From a virus (Duplodnaviria; Heunggongvirae; Uroviricota; Caudoviricetes), in the IMG/VR virus record IMGVR_UViG_2734482786_000001, positions 1 through 25,360 of that record: a stretch of 25,360 nt of DNA, one strand, 5' to 3'. A program made the translations under genes and the position numbers. Shown here piece by piece: positions 8,530 through 17,448 of the stretch; position 1 is the stretch's first letter; each line of letters begins with the position of its first letter. Under the pieces are notes generated by a model. The model searched no databases and had not been told where the DNA came from. It worked only from the letters and a program-made list of their open reading frames with translations.

Positions 8530-9363
8530 TCAGCAATTGGTCAGAGTGTCAGCGGGGGCGTTACCGCCTGTTGCACGCTGGCGGTAGTCCTGGCGGCTGT
8601 CTTCTTGGCTCAGCTTGTCCACCAGTTCGTTAAAGGCGGTCTGCTGTGCCTGCAGGGCAGTCTCCAGCTCAGACAGGCGTTCTTCCTGCTCAGACAGGGA
8701 TTTTTCGGTGCGCGCACTCAGGTTCTGCTGCTCAGTGGCGACCAGTTCCACGGCCTTATGCACATCAGAGAACCTGGCGTCATCGGACTGCTCTTTTTTG
8801 GTGAACAGCGCCGTGACACGGGCAAACAGGGACGGTTTGTCATCCTGGATTTCTTCCAGTTCGATCACCGTTTCCTCTGCAGCGGTAAAAAGATTGGCGG
8901 GATTCTGCTTGCGGTTTGCCAGCGGGTTATGGGCTGCACTGGCGCTGAATGTCAGCATTTCAGTGCCCAGACTGGCAGGGTCATCAGTGGCAGCCAGGCC
9001 AACCAGGTAGGCTTTTCCCGTATCAGCGAACTTCGGGCTGACTTCCATAGAGGTGAATAATTTCTGGCCTTTTTTCACCAGCTCCACCAGGGACTCCGTT
9101 GGCTCAACGTCGGCATACAGCGCCATCTTGCCTGCCAGTGGACCTTCCGTGATTTCTTCAGCAAACAGCGCCGTCACCTTGCCGTAGCGGTTAAAGGTGC
9201 TGTCCGGCAGATAAGACTTGATGTGCTCAAGGTTAATCAGCGCGGTATACACCGCCGGGTTGTAGCTGGCTGCCATCTGTTCCAGCCATTCACGCTGGAT
9301 TTCTCGTCCGTCGGTGGTGGCACCTTCCACCCCGATGCGAAAACGCTTTGCTTTCACTGTCAT
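8530..9363 (-). CDS. O: Capsid scaffolding protein gpO
   Basis: 277 aa; …FRIGVEG.T.DGR…INLEH…YLVGLA.TDDPASLGTE… matches the P2 gpO family; C-terminal …ATGG…TNC. Confidence 0.85.
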   Translation of the reverse strand: MTVKAKRFRIGVEGATTDGREIQREWLEQMAASYNPAVYTALINLEHIKSYLPDSTFNRYGKVTALFAEEITEGPLAGKMALYADVEPTESLVELVKKGQKLFTSMEVSPKFADTGKAYLVGLAATDDPASLGTEMLTFSASAAHNPLANRKQNPANLFTAAEETVIELEEIQDDKPSLFARVTALFTKKEQSDDARFSDVHKAVELVATEQQNLSARTEKSLSEQEERLSELETALQAQQTAFNELVDKLSQEDSRQDYRQRATGGNAPADTLTNC

Positions 9364-9441
9364 GAGCCGTGCTCCGTTAGAAAAAACTTACTGGAGCCTT
9401 ATGGTTGCGGTGATGGGGGCAGTGAAACAATGCGCGGTATT

Positions 9442-9459
9442 TGTACCGACAACCACACA
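9442..9459. promoter_or_regulatory. Candidate late-promoter activator site (TGT-N12-ACA) in the divergent O/P intergenic region
   Basis: TGTACCGACAACCACACA lies about 87 bp upstream of the O start codon, consistent with a dyad centred near -55 of a late promoter driving O-N-M-L. Confidence 0.4.
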
Positions 9460-9505
9460 AACCGCAGGCGGGGAAAGCCTTCATTCAAGGCTGTAGGTTT
9501 GTGCC

Positions 9506-11272
9506 ATGAACACCACACTGACACCCGCAGATCTCGATCCCCGTCGGCAGGCCATGCTGCTGTACTTTCAGGGATACCGCGTCGCCCGCATTGCTGAAAT
9601 GCTGGGAGAGAAAGTTGCAACCGTTCACAGCTGGAAAAAACGCGACAAGTGGGGTGACTATGGGCCGCTGGATCAGATGCAGCTCACCACCGCCGCACGC
9701 TACTGCCAGCTCATTATGAAGGAGCACAAAGAAGGGAAAGATTTCAAAGAGATTGACCTGCTGGCGCGCCAGTCGGAACGCCACGCGCGGATCGGCAAGT
9801 TTAACAATGGCGGCAACGAAGCCGACTTAAACCCTAACGTCGCCAACCGCAACAAAGGCCCGCGCCGTCAGCCGGAAAAGAACGTTTTCACCGATGAACA
9901 GATTGAGAAGCTGGAAGAAATCTTCCATTCCTCCATGTTCAACTACCAGCGCCACTGGTGGGAAGCCGGAAAAACCAACCGCATCCGCAACCTGCTGAAG
10001 TCACGCCAGATCGGCGCGACCTTCTATTTTGCCCGTGAAGCCCTGATTGACGCCCTGCTAACCGGGCGTAACCAGATTTTCCTTTCCGCCAGCAAGACTC
10101 AGGCCCACGTCTTTAAGCAGTACATCATCGACTTCGCCAAAGAAGTGGAGGTGGAGCTGAAAGGCGATCCGATGGTGCTTCCTAACGGGGCCACGCTTTA
10201 CTTCCTCGGCACCAATGCCCGCACTGCCCAGAGTTATCACGGCAACCTGTATCTGGATGAATATTTCTGGATACCGAAATTCCAGGAGCTGCGCAAAGTG
10301 GCTTCCGGTATGGCTATTCACAAGAAATGGCGACAAACCTATTTTTCCACGCCATCCAGCCTGACTCATAGTGCTTATCCGTTCTGGTCCGGTGCGCTGT
10401 TCAACCGTGGGCGCAACAAAGCCGACAAGGTGGACATCGACCTGTCCCACAGCAATCTGGCCCCCGGCCTGCTGTGCGCAGACGGGCAATACCGCCAGAT
10501 AGTCACCGTGGAAGATGCGGTGCGCGGCGGCTGTAACCTGTTCGACCTTGACCAGTTGCGCATGGAGTACAGCCCGGACGAATACCAGAACCTGCTGATG
10601 TGCGAGTTTGTGGACGATCTCGCGTCCGTGTTCCCGCTCAGCGAGCTGCAGGCGTGCATGGTGGACAGCTGGGAAGTCTGGACCGACTTTCATGCACTGG
10701 CTCTGCGCCCGTTTGGCTGGCGCGAAGTGTGGATCGGTTATGACCCGGCAAAAGGTACGCAAAACGGCGACAGCGCCGGATGCGTGGTGGTGGCACCGCC
10801 AGCCGTGCCTGGTGGTAAGTTCCGCATTCTTGAGCGTCACCAGTGGCGCGGGATGGACTTCCGCGCCCAGGCTGACGCCATCAAAAAACTGACCGAGCAG
10901 TACAACGTGACCTACATCGGCATCGACTCGACCGGCGTCGGCCACGGGGTTTACGAGAACGTGAAAGCGTTTTTTCCAGCCGTCCGGGAGTTTGTCTACA
11001 ACCCCAACGTTAAAAACGCTCTGGTACTCAAGGCCTACGACATTATCAGCCACCGCCGTCTGGAGTTTGACGCCGGGCACACCGACATTGCGCAGTCATT
11101 CATGGCAATCCGTCGCGCCACCACCGCCAGTGGCAACCGCCCAACCTATGAAGCCAGCCGCAGCGAAGAAGCCAGCCACGCCGATCTGGCCTGGGCAACA
11201 ATGCACGCACTGTTTAACGAACCGCTGCAGGGCGAGTCCGCCAATACCAGCAATATTGTGGAGATTTTTTGA
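9506..11272 (+). CDS. P: Terminase large (ATPase) subunit gpP
   Basis: 588 aa; ATG start; size and position divergent from O as in P2; plus-strand gene pair P-Q. Confidence 0.9.
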   Translation: MNTTLTPADLDPRRQAMLLYFQGYRVARIAEMLGEKVATVHSWKKRDKWGDYGPLDQMQLTTAARYCQLIMKEHKEGKDFKEIDLLARQSERHARIGKFNNGGNEADLNPNVANRNKGPRRQPEKNVFTDEQIEKLEEIFHSSMFNYQRHWWEAGKTNRIRNLLKSRQIGATFYFAREALIDALLTGRNQIFLSASKTQAHVFKQYIIDFAKEVEVELKGDPMVLPNGATLYFLGTNARTAQSYHGNLYLDEYFWIPKFQELRKVASGMAIHKKWRQTYFSTPSSLTHSAYPFWSGALFNRGRNKADKVDIDLSHSNLAPGLLCADGQYRQIVTVEDAVRGGCNLFDLDQLRMEYSPDEYQNLLMCEFVDDLASVFPLSELQACMVDSWEVWTDFHALALRPFGWREVWIGYDPAKGTQNGDSAGCVVVAPPAVPGGKFRILERHQWRGMDFRAQADAIKKLTEQYNVTYIGIDSTGVGHGVYENVKAFFPAVREFVYNPNVKNALVLKAYDIISHRRLEFDAGHTDIAQSFMAIRRATTASGNRPTYEASRSEEASHADLAWATMHALFNEPLQGESANTSNIVEIF

Positions 11273-12303
11273 TGGGAAAGAGTAAGAAGAACCGCGCTGC
11301 GTCGACGAAACAGATCCAGCATAAAAGCCAGACTTCAGCCGAAGCATTCAGCTTCGGTGATCCCGTTCCTGTTCTGGACCGCCGCGAATTGCTGGACTAT
11401 GTGGAATGCGTACAGATGGATCGCTGGTATGAGCCGCCCGTCAGCTTTGACGGACTGGCACGAACCTTCCGCGCCGCCGTGCATCACAGCTCACCGATTG
11501 CGGTGAAATGCAACATTCTGACCAGCACCTACATCCCTCACCCGCTGCTCAGCCAGCAGGCTTTTTCACGTTTTGTGCAGGACTATCTGGTATTCGGTAA
11601 CGCCTACCTGGAGAAACGCACGAATCGATTCGGTGAAGTTATCGCCCTTGAGCCTGCGCTGGCAAAATACACCCGACGCGGATTAGATCTGGATACCTAC
11701 TGGTTTGTGCAATACGGCATGACTACGCAGCCGTATCAGTTCACGAAAGGCAGCATCTTTCATCTGATGGAACCGGATATCAACCAGGAGATCTACGGCC
11801 TGCCCGGTTATCTTTCTGCCATTCCGTCAGCCCTGCTCAACGAGTCCGCCACGCTGTTCCGCCGCAAGTATTACATTAACGGCAGTCATGCAGGCTTCAT
11901 CATGTACATGACCGATGCAGCGCAAAACCAGGAGGATGTGAACAACCTCCGCAATGCGATGAAAAGCGCCAAAGGTCCTGGTAACTTCCGTAACCTGTTT
12001 ATGTACTCGCCTAACGGTAAAAAGGACGGGCTTCAGATTATCCCGTTGTCAGAAGTGGCGGCGAAGGATGAGTTCCTGAATATCAAGAACGTGAGCCGGG
12101 ACGACATGATGGCGGCGCATCGTGTGCCGCCACAAATGATGGGGATAATGCCTAATAATGTCGGGGGGTTTGGGGATGTGGAGAAGGCCAGTCTCGTTTT
12201 TGTTCGTAATGAGTTAATACCATTGCAGAAACGACTAAAGGAACTAAATCACTGGCTTGGTGAGAAAGTAGTTAACTTTAAAACTTATGCCTTAAACTGT
12301 TAA
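11272..12303 (+). CDS. Q: Portal protein gpQ
   Basis: Track ORF starts at TTG 11269; the ATG at 11272 overlaps the P stop. About 343 aa. The last ~35 codons are AT-rich (see findings). Confidence 0.9.
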   Translation: MGKSKKNRAASTKQIQHKSQTSAEAFSFGDPVPVLDRRELLDYVECVQMDRWYEPPVSFDGLARTFRAAVHHSSPIAVKCNILTSTYIPHPLLSQQAFSRFVQDYLVFGNAYLEKRTNRFGEVIALEPALAKYTRRGLDLDTYWFVQYGMTTQPYQFTKGSIFHLMEPDINQEIYGLPGYLSAIPSALLNESATLFRRKYYINGSHAGFIMYMTDAAQNQEDVNNLRNAMKSAKGPGNFRNLFMYSPNGKKDGLQIIPLSEVAAKDEFLNIKNVSRDDMMAAHRVPPQMMGIMPNNVGGFGDVEKASLVFVRNELIPLQKRLKELNHWLGEKVVNFKTYALNC

Positions 12304-12320
12304 AAATTATTATGAAACAA

Positions 12321-12339
12321 GGCGCTTAACATAAGCGCC
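12321..12339. terminator. Bidirectional stem-loop between convergent Q and the DUF262 gene
   Basis: GGCGCTTA-aca-TAAGCGCC hairpin; on the minus strand it is followed by TTGTTTCATAATAATTTTT. Confidence 0.45.
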
Positions 12340-12348
12340 CAATATATA

Positions 12349-14130
12349 TTAGATTATATTATAGGCCTTCGCTGACATAGATAATGTTCTAATCTGAACT
12401 TTTTGGGCATTCCATTCCTCATCGTTAGATGAATACTCATCAATAAACTCATTAACCACCTTAAGGTTTGACTTCTTATACTCGTTTATTTTTTTACTTA
12501 AGCTATCATTTTTACATGATTCATTCAAAGTAAAGCAAAGAGGAAGAAGATTCCCCATTAATCCAACAACCTCTGAGTCAAAACTACTTTGTGCACCAAT
12601 ATGCTCGAGTGAAACTAAGTCTAATTTTAACTCATTAGTTCCTCGCAATTTCTTTTCAAAACGTTCAAAAATATACATTATGAGCTTACGCTGGGAGGCT
12701 TTTTTATTTGTATAAAATAAATTTTTAACAAATGCCTCATTGAATACTTTTTCATTTGGACTTTTCGCAGAAAAGTATGCTATTGCTTCACTAATGGTTG
12801 ATTCGATACTACGTTTATTAGTAGCTTTATCAAGGCTTACTGCTAATACTGAATACTTGGCGTCTATGCCAGAGGGTCTTAATCGGCAAATAGCATTAAA
12901 TCTAAAGTGGAATCTCTCTAAACACATTAGACACTCTATTAAACTTTTTTGCGAAAGACTTCTAGATTTATCTCTTCTTTTTCTTAATAATGACAAAATG
13001 AATGGGCGAGGGATTGAAACATTGAATATTTCAAATGCTTTAAGTGAATTGTAAATATCTCGCTGATCCTGTTGAGGCCAATCATCAATATCTGGAGAAA
13101 TTATCTTACAATATAAATCAACATCTTTATGCAACTCATCCAAAAATGAAATTGCAGTTAATCCATAAACACCATCATTTATCTCTCTTTTAAAGGCACG
13201 GTATAGTTGATCTTCACCTATATAATTAAACTTAGAAAGCCACCAACACCTGACATAATCAACCATTGTAGCGTTACTATCTCTAGCTTCGATGCAATTA
13301 GTAATATAATCCCATTTCTCTTTGGCTTTATCTATTGGATATGTTTCAATACAACTCTGGAAAACTTTATTTTTAATCAGATCAAGGGAGCTTAAGTTTA
13401 TTCCCCTTGCATTCAAAACCTCGAAAATATCATACGCGTCATCTTCCTTGCCTACTGATATCCTTACTAATTTAAGATAATTAGTAACCATATTGTAAAC
13501 GGCATTCAAGCAAAAAAGGTAATCTTCCTTTTTATACTTTACTGCACCGTCACGCAACAAAGAAGAACATAATGCTTTCTTTCCTAGCTTTCTGCTTAAA
13601 TACAACCCAGCATATTGAATCTTTTTATCTTCATCGCAAGTCACATCAGCTTTATGCTCAACTCTATCTTGGAATTTTAGTTTAAAAAAAGCCCTGTCAC
13701 TATTTTTAGAAAGCTTCTCAACTACTGAGTCGCCATTAGAACTGACAGAATTTCTATTGAACGTCTGATTTGCGGTTACGATATATGTTTTAAAAATATC
13801 ATCAGCAAATTCGGCCTTCCCATTTTTTCTTAAAAACCTAGAAATTAAAGAAAGTAGAATTGTAATAACACTGAAACGCTGCTGACCATCAACAATCTCC
13901 AAAACATTATCACTGTCAGCACCAGACAATACAATTGTACCAATAAAGTACTCATTGAATTCAAAGTCATCCCCTTTGGGATTTAATTTTATATTTCTTA
14001 TTATGTCTTGCCACAATTCATCAAGTTGTAACTTTTCCCAACTAAATTCTCGTTGATTCCGTGGAATCACATAACGCTGTTTAACAGAAAGTATATTTTT
14101 AATATTTAAAGGAGTTGCATCAAAATTCAT
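12349..14130 (-). CDS. DUF262/DUF1524 (GmrSD-like) nuclease family protein; candidate anti-phage defence gene
   Basis: N-terminal DUF262 signatures (VIPRNQREFSW, EIVDGQQRF, FEVLNARGINLSSLDLIKN) and C-terminal His-Me/HNH-like DUF1524 signature (SLEHIGAQ…GNLLPL…N). Start set at first ATG 14130 (RBS-like AGGGAA); the track ORF starts at TTG 14181. Strongly AT-rich relative to flanking phage genes. Confidence 0.75.
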   Translation of the reverse strand: MNFDATPLNIKNILSVKQRYVIPRNQREFSWEKLQLDELWQDIIRNIKLNPKGDDFEFNEYFIGTIVLSGADSDNVLEIVDGQQRFSVITILLSLISRFLRKNGKAEFADDIFKTYIVTANQTFNRNSVSSNGDSVVEKLSKNSDRAFFKLKFQDRVEHKADVTCDEDKKIQYAGLYLSRKLGKKALCSSLLRDGAVKYKKEDYLFCLNAVYNMVTNYLKLVRISVGKEDDAYDIFEVLNARGINLSSLDLIKNKVFQSCIETYPIDKAKEKWDYITNCIEARDSNATMVDYVRCWWLSKFNYIGEDQLYRAFKREINDGVYGLTAISFLDELHKDVDLYCKIISPDIDDWPQQDQRDIYNSLKAFEIFNVSIPRPFILSLLRKRRDKSRSLSQKSLIECLMCLERFHFRFNAICRLRPSGIDAKYSVLAVSLDKATNKRSIESTISEAIAYFSAKSPNEKVFNEAFVKNLFYTNKKASQRKLIMYIFERFEKKLRGTNELKLDLVSLEHIGAQSSFDSEVVGLMGNLLPLCFTLNESCKNDSLSKKINEYKKSNLKVVNEFIDEYSSNDEEWNAQKVQIRTLSMSAKAYNII

Positions 14131-14224
14131 ATCATCATTCCCTAGACATGACCATGGGTTGATCGTTAATTTACTTAACAAGATAGATTAAAACAACTAT
14201 TACTAATTCATATCTCAGCGCGCG

Positions 14225-14243
14225 CTCGTATCCCCGCCACGCC
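14225..14243 (-). other. Candidate cos site (19-nt cohesive end of P2/186-type)
   Basis: Minus strand reads GGCGTGGCGGGGATACGAG followed by CGCGCGCTGA; the first 13 nt match the 186 cos (GGCGTGGCGGGGAAAGCAT) as recalled, and the following GCGCGCTGA resembles the P2 left end. Confidence 0.4.
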
Positions 14244-14292
14244 TGCCCGCTTTATGTAGTGGTTTTCATGCACCTGCATGATCTACGCAAAA

Positions 14293-14312
14293 GCCCGCCA
14301 GTTCTGGCGGGC
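14293..14312 (-). terminator. Rho-independent terminator after the tum/DinI-like operon
   Basis: GCCCGCCAG-tt-CTGGCGGGC hairpin followed on the minus strand by TTTTGCG. Confidence 0.45.
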
Positions 14313-14447
14313 CTTAGCAAAAACGATCCTCAAACGATCATGCGATCTCATGCGGCATAGACATGCACTACAGAGCTAACGCCTCGCAAGGGCTCGTTGT
14401 TCAACCTTGCTGACGCCAGAAGCAAGTTCAGACGCCAGCAACGTTTC

Positions 14448-14681
14448 TTAATGCAGCCAGCTGTCGTCTTCCCACACCTTCTGCATAATTTTCATCACTT
14501 GTTTTCTTTCTTCGTCCTGTTGCAGCCCAGTCAGTTCCACACCGTTAGAGCTACCTTTGCGGATACGAATTACCGTTTTTGGATACAGGGGGCGCAGATT
14601 GCGGTAAAGCTCGGATTCAAGGGCGTCCAGGGTAGACTGGCTAATCTTCTGCTCTTTATCGATCATTATTTCAATGCGCAT
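14448..14681 (-). CDS. DinI-like protein (or C-terminal DinI-like domain of a Tum-type antirepressor)
   Basis: Start at MRIEIMIDK… with GAGGTGA RBS; MRIE…DAL..EL…WED.SW pattern matches the DinI family as recalled. The track ORF extends upstream to 14753. Confidence 0.7.
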   Translation of the reverse strand: MRIEIMIDKEQKISQSTLDALESELYRNLRPLYPKTVIRIRKGSSNGVELTGLQQDEERKQVMKIMQKVWEDDSWLH

Positions 14682-14691
14682 AAAAGTCACC

Positions 14692-14880
14692 TCAGCTGAT
14701 GACATCCATTGAGCGGTTGTATTCGTGGCTTCTGATTTTTGCCATGAGTTCATCAGTCAATTCAGAAACCCACTGCAGAGCCAGCCCCTTCTCTTCATCA
14801 CTACACTCACTAGCCGCTACAAGCTTAAGAAAAAAATCAATGCGCTGGAGCTTCAAAGACTCCAAAAAATAGTCCTGCAT
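14692..14880 (-). CDS. Small SOS-regulated protein, possibly the N-terminal part of a Tum-like antirepressor
   Basis: ATG at 14880 with AGGAGG RBS, about 45 bp downstream of a LexA box; the longer track ORF (to 14982) would start upstream of the operator and is rejected. Confidence 0.5.
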   Translation of the reverse strand: MQDYFLESLKLQRIDFFLKLVAASECSDEEKGLALQWVSELTDELMAKIRSHEYNRSMDVIS

Positions 14881-14921
14881 CTTTCCTCCTATGACACCAC
14901 AAGCAATACTGTATACATAAC

Positions 14922-14941
14922 CACTGTTTATATTTACAGTA
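14922..14941. promoter_or_regulatory. LexA box (SOS operator)
   Basis: cACTGTttatatttACAGta fits CTGT-N8-ACAG and the 20-bp consensus TACTGTATATATATACAGTA; overlaps candidate -10 elements on the minus strand. Confidence 0.6.
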
Positions 14942-15033
14942 TATAATAATCTTACTGATGTAAAACGTTTTTTTACGTTCATCAGCCTGATATGCCTGGT
15001 ATTATTAAGAGCACGAATTGTTAACCCGCGTAA

Positions 15034-17448
15034 TTAATACAGGTTTCGCCACTTATCATCTTCCTGCAAACGCTGGTTCCGATAGAAGATACGCAGGCCT
15101 GCTCCTGACGGAATACTGCCGCCGCGAAGGAGTAAATCGACCTCTTTCTCGCTGCCATCAAATCCTCTGGACTTCAGTTCGTAGACGAGCTGCTGTCGCT
15201 GATGGTCTGTAATTCGCTGTTTGTAGTCTTTACGCCGTTTCGGTTTCACCAGGCGTAACCTTGCAGCCAGTTCCCGGCGCTCTTTTTTGCTCATACTGTG
15301 CAGGTAATCGTGCAACTCCTTGTCATCCATGCGGGTAATGTCCGTCCTGGTATCCCCATCAGCTGATTTGTCTTTCCCTTGTTGGTTCAAATTTTCAGCA
15401 AGGGGACAGTTATTGCCACGAGTCCAAGGGGCGCAAGCGCCCTGGTCGGCTGCCGCCTCCTGAACGTCAACGGCTTTACGAACCATTTTCCACTTCACTG
15501 CATGAGTGCAGATCTTGCCCTCTGCAATGGGTGACCAGATGCCATAAATACGAATGCCGTGATCGCCATAGGCGGTCGGCTCTTCGTTGATTTCATAAGC
15601 GGTTCTGATGAGGTGATATTTACGGGGAACCAGTACGCCGCCCTGCTTCATGATGTAGGTGGCAAAACAACCAGCATCAGCAGCAGCCAGAATGGCATCA
15701 AGACGCGGGTTATCCAGTACCGGCGCACCTGCATTTTTGTCCCCCTGTTGCCTTGCCGCCTGACCAGCCAACAATCGCAGTTCACGGTAAGCCTGACGCC
15801 CCGGAATGCCAAAGAAGCGGAATTGCTGAACACGATGCAAAGACGCCCAGGCATTCACGTATTCAGCGTTATCACGCAGAGATTTACCCGTTTCCTTGCT
15901 GATCTCGCCAGCCAGACCACGACCGTCAATGTTCTTACTGATATATTTCGCGATGTAGCTTGTCGGCGTTCCTTTGCGCGGGTTAATCAACTCAGACTTA
16001 AAGCGCGGCCCAGTGTTATTGCCCAGCTCCTCGCGGTCTTCACGGATGGCAAACTTACGCAGTAATGCAGTGATGGCACGGCGGTCTTTTTTGCGCATGA
16101 AACACAACAGGTGCCAGTGAACTGTGCCATCATGATGCGGCTCAGCCACCCGCACGCCATACCAGCGCAACCCGGCTTTGTGCATCGCCTTACGAAATGC
16201 AGCAAACATGCCGACCAGATAATCGCTGCTTTGTCTTACCGTCGCGTTTGTCCAGGTCGGGTTTGGTCTGCCGTTATTTAGCGTGGAATGGAAACGCGAC
16301 GGACAGGTGATAGTGTAGAAAACGGCGCAGTCACCGCGCATTTCCGCGATAAGCTCCAGACCTTTAACACAGGCCATCATCTCATTGCGGCGATGCGCAG
16401 GGTTGCTGCTGCTGGCGTTTACCACATCCTCCATGTCCAGCGTGTCGCCGTCTTCGTTCACCAGTTCATGAGAACGGAAAAACTCCAGCGACTTACGGCG
16501 CTGCTCACGTTTATGCATCACGGCTTCATAGCTGACATAAGGAGATGCTTTTTTGCTGACCAGGCAAACAGCGCGCAACTGCTCTTCCCGCCATTCGCAA
16601 CGCATCTTCCATAATTTCCGATACCACCAGTCGGCGCACAACATACGCGCCAGCGAACCCGGAATGAGTTCATAGGGCACGGGTTTACGGCGGTTTCTTT
16701 TCCGACGGAGTTGCTCAAACGCAGGTGGGATGACATCCAGACGCAGGGTCTCCGCTGCCACCTTTTCCCATGTCTTGCGGATTTCTTCTGGCTTAACGTC
16801 ATCGGTGGCATACAAATCACCACAAGCTGCATCAAGGCACATACTCATATGCGCAGCTACCAGGGTGGACAGGCGTTTCACCTGATCCTGACTCATTTCA
16901 GGCAGGATCAGCAGGCCGTCCAGCCCTTCATGGCTTGCCATAAAGCGAAAAGATGCAGATAGCTGACTGTCGCGTACATGCTCCAGTCGTTCCAGACATG
17001 GCTTAATCGTCTCACGTAAATAGCGGGAATAAGCCTTTGGCCTGCCCAGGCTGCTGAAGTATTCAATACGTTGCATCAGCGGCTTGCTGATATGGGAAGG
17101 CTGGGCGTTGACGTCCGCCAGAATGACCATGTCTGAATTAAAACGCTGCTGCTCATGCGCCAGCTTTGCCCGGCTAATGAGCTTATCCTGCTCCATTTCG
17201 CGCTGGACAGGATCACGTGATTCATTAAAGAAATAACGCTCCCAGACCTGATCACTCAGTGCCTCGCGGCGCAACTGTTCCTGCTCGTTATCGGCAGCGT
17301 ACAGAGTGATCAGGTTTGAAAGCGTAGAAACCGGCGCAACTTCCGCCGGGTCCAGATAAGGGTTAATGGCCTTTTTCGGGCTGTTCCATGAGAATGCTGC
17401 GGCAGCCTCGTTAAAGCCGCAGCAGTTGTTCATATCGGCATGAGTCAT
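15034..17448 (-). CDS. A: Replication initiation protein gpA (rolling-circle endonuclease)
   Basis: 804 aa; HUH-like motif region (…[10 protein letters not shown]…) and active-site Tyr region (…[10 protein letters not shown]…); ATG start overlapping the dam stop. Confidence 0.85.
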   Translation of the reverse strand: MTHADMNNCCGFNEAAAAFSWNSPKKAINPYLDPAEVAPVSTLSNLITLYAADNEQEQLRREALSDQVWERYFFNESRDPVQREMEQDKLISRAKLAHEQQRFNSDMVILADVNAQPSHISKPLMQRIEYFSSLGRPKAYSRYLRETIKPCLERLEHVRDSQLSASFRFMASHEGLDGLLILPEMSQDQVKRLSTLVAAHMSMCLDAACGDLYATDDVKPEEIRKTWEKVAAETLRLDVIPPAFEQLRRKRNRRKPVPYELIPGSLARMLCADWWYRKLWKMRCEWREEQLRAVCLVSKKASPYVSYEAVMHKREQRRKSLEFFRSHELVNEDGDTLDMEDVVNASSSNPAHRRNEMMACVKGLELIAEMRGDCAVFYTITCPSRFHSTLNNGRPNPTWTNATVRQSSDYLVGMFAAFRKAMHKAGLRWYGVRVAEPHHDGTVHWHLLCFMRKKDRRAITALLRKFAIREDREELGNNTGPRFKSELINPRKGTPTSYIAKYISKNIDGRGLAGEISKETGKSLRDNAEYVNAWASLHRVQQFRFFGIPGRQAYRELRLLAGQAARQQGDKNAGAPVLDNPRLDAILAAADAGCFATYIMKQGGVLVPRKYHLIRTAYEINEEPTAYGDHGIRIYGIWSPIAEGKICTHAVKWKMVRKAVDVQEAAADQGACAPWTRGNNCPLAENLNQQGKDKSADGDTRTDITRMDDKELHDYLHSMSKKERRELAARLRLVKPKRRKDYKQRITDHQRQQLVYELKSRGFDGSEKEVDLLLRGGSIPSGAGLRIFYRNQRLQEDDKWRNLY

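Noticed and set aside
8605-9060. Plus-strand ORFs 8605..9060 and 8615..9010
   Set aside because: Antisense within scaffold gene O; no independent support.
10058-11080. 340-aa minus-strand ORF
   Set aside because: Entirely antisense inside the terminase large-subunit gene, whose identity is strongly supported; typical long antisense ORF in GC-rich coding DNA.
12349-14181. Possibility that the 610-aa protein is a P2 Old homologue
   Set aside because: No Walker A P-loop (GxxxxGK[ST]) or Toprim signature seen; the motifs are DUF262/DUF1524 instead.
14397-14699. 100-aa plus-strand ORF
   Set aside because: Antisense to the DinI-like gene; no RBS.
14692-14982. Longer 96-aa version of the first SOS-operon ORF
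   Set aside because: Its start would lie upstream of the LexA box and promoter elements; the internal ATG at 14880 with AGGAGG RBS is the credible start.
14956-14986. Imperfect inverted repeat CTGATG…AAAACGTTTT…CATCAG downstream of gene A
   Set aside because: The stem is short and AT-rich with mismatches; could be a weak terminator but evidence is insufficient to call.
15559-16065. 168-aa plus-strand ORF, plus other plus/minus ORFs inside 15034..17448
   Set aside because: Antisense or out of frame within replication gene A.
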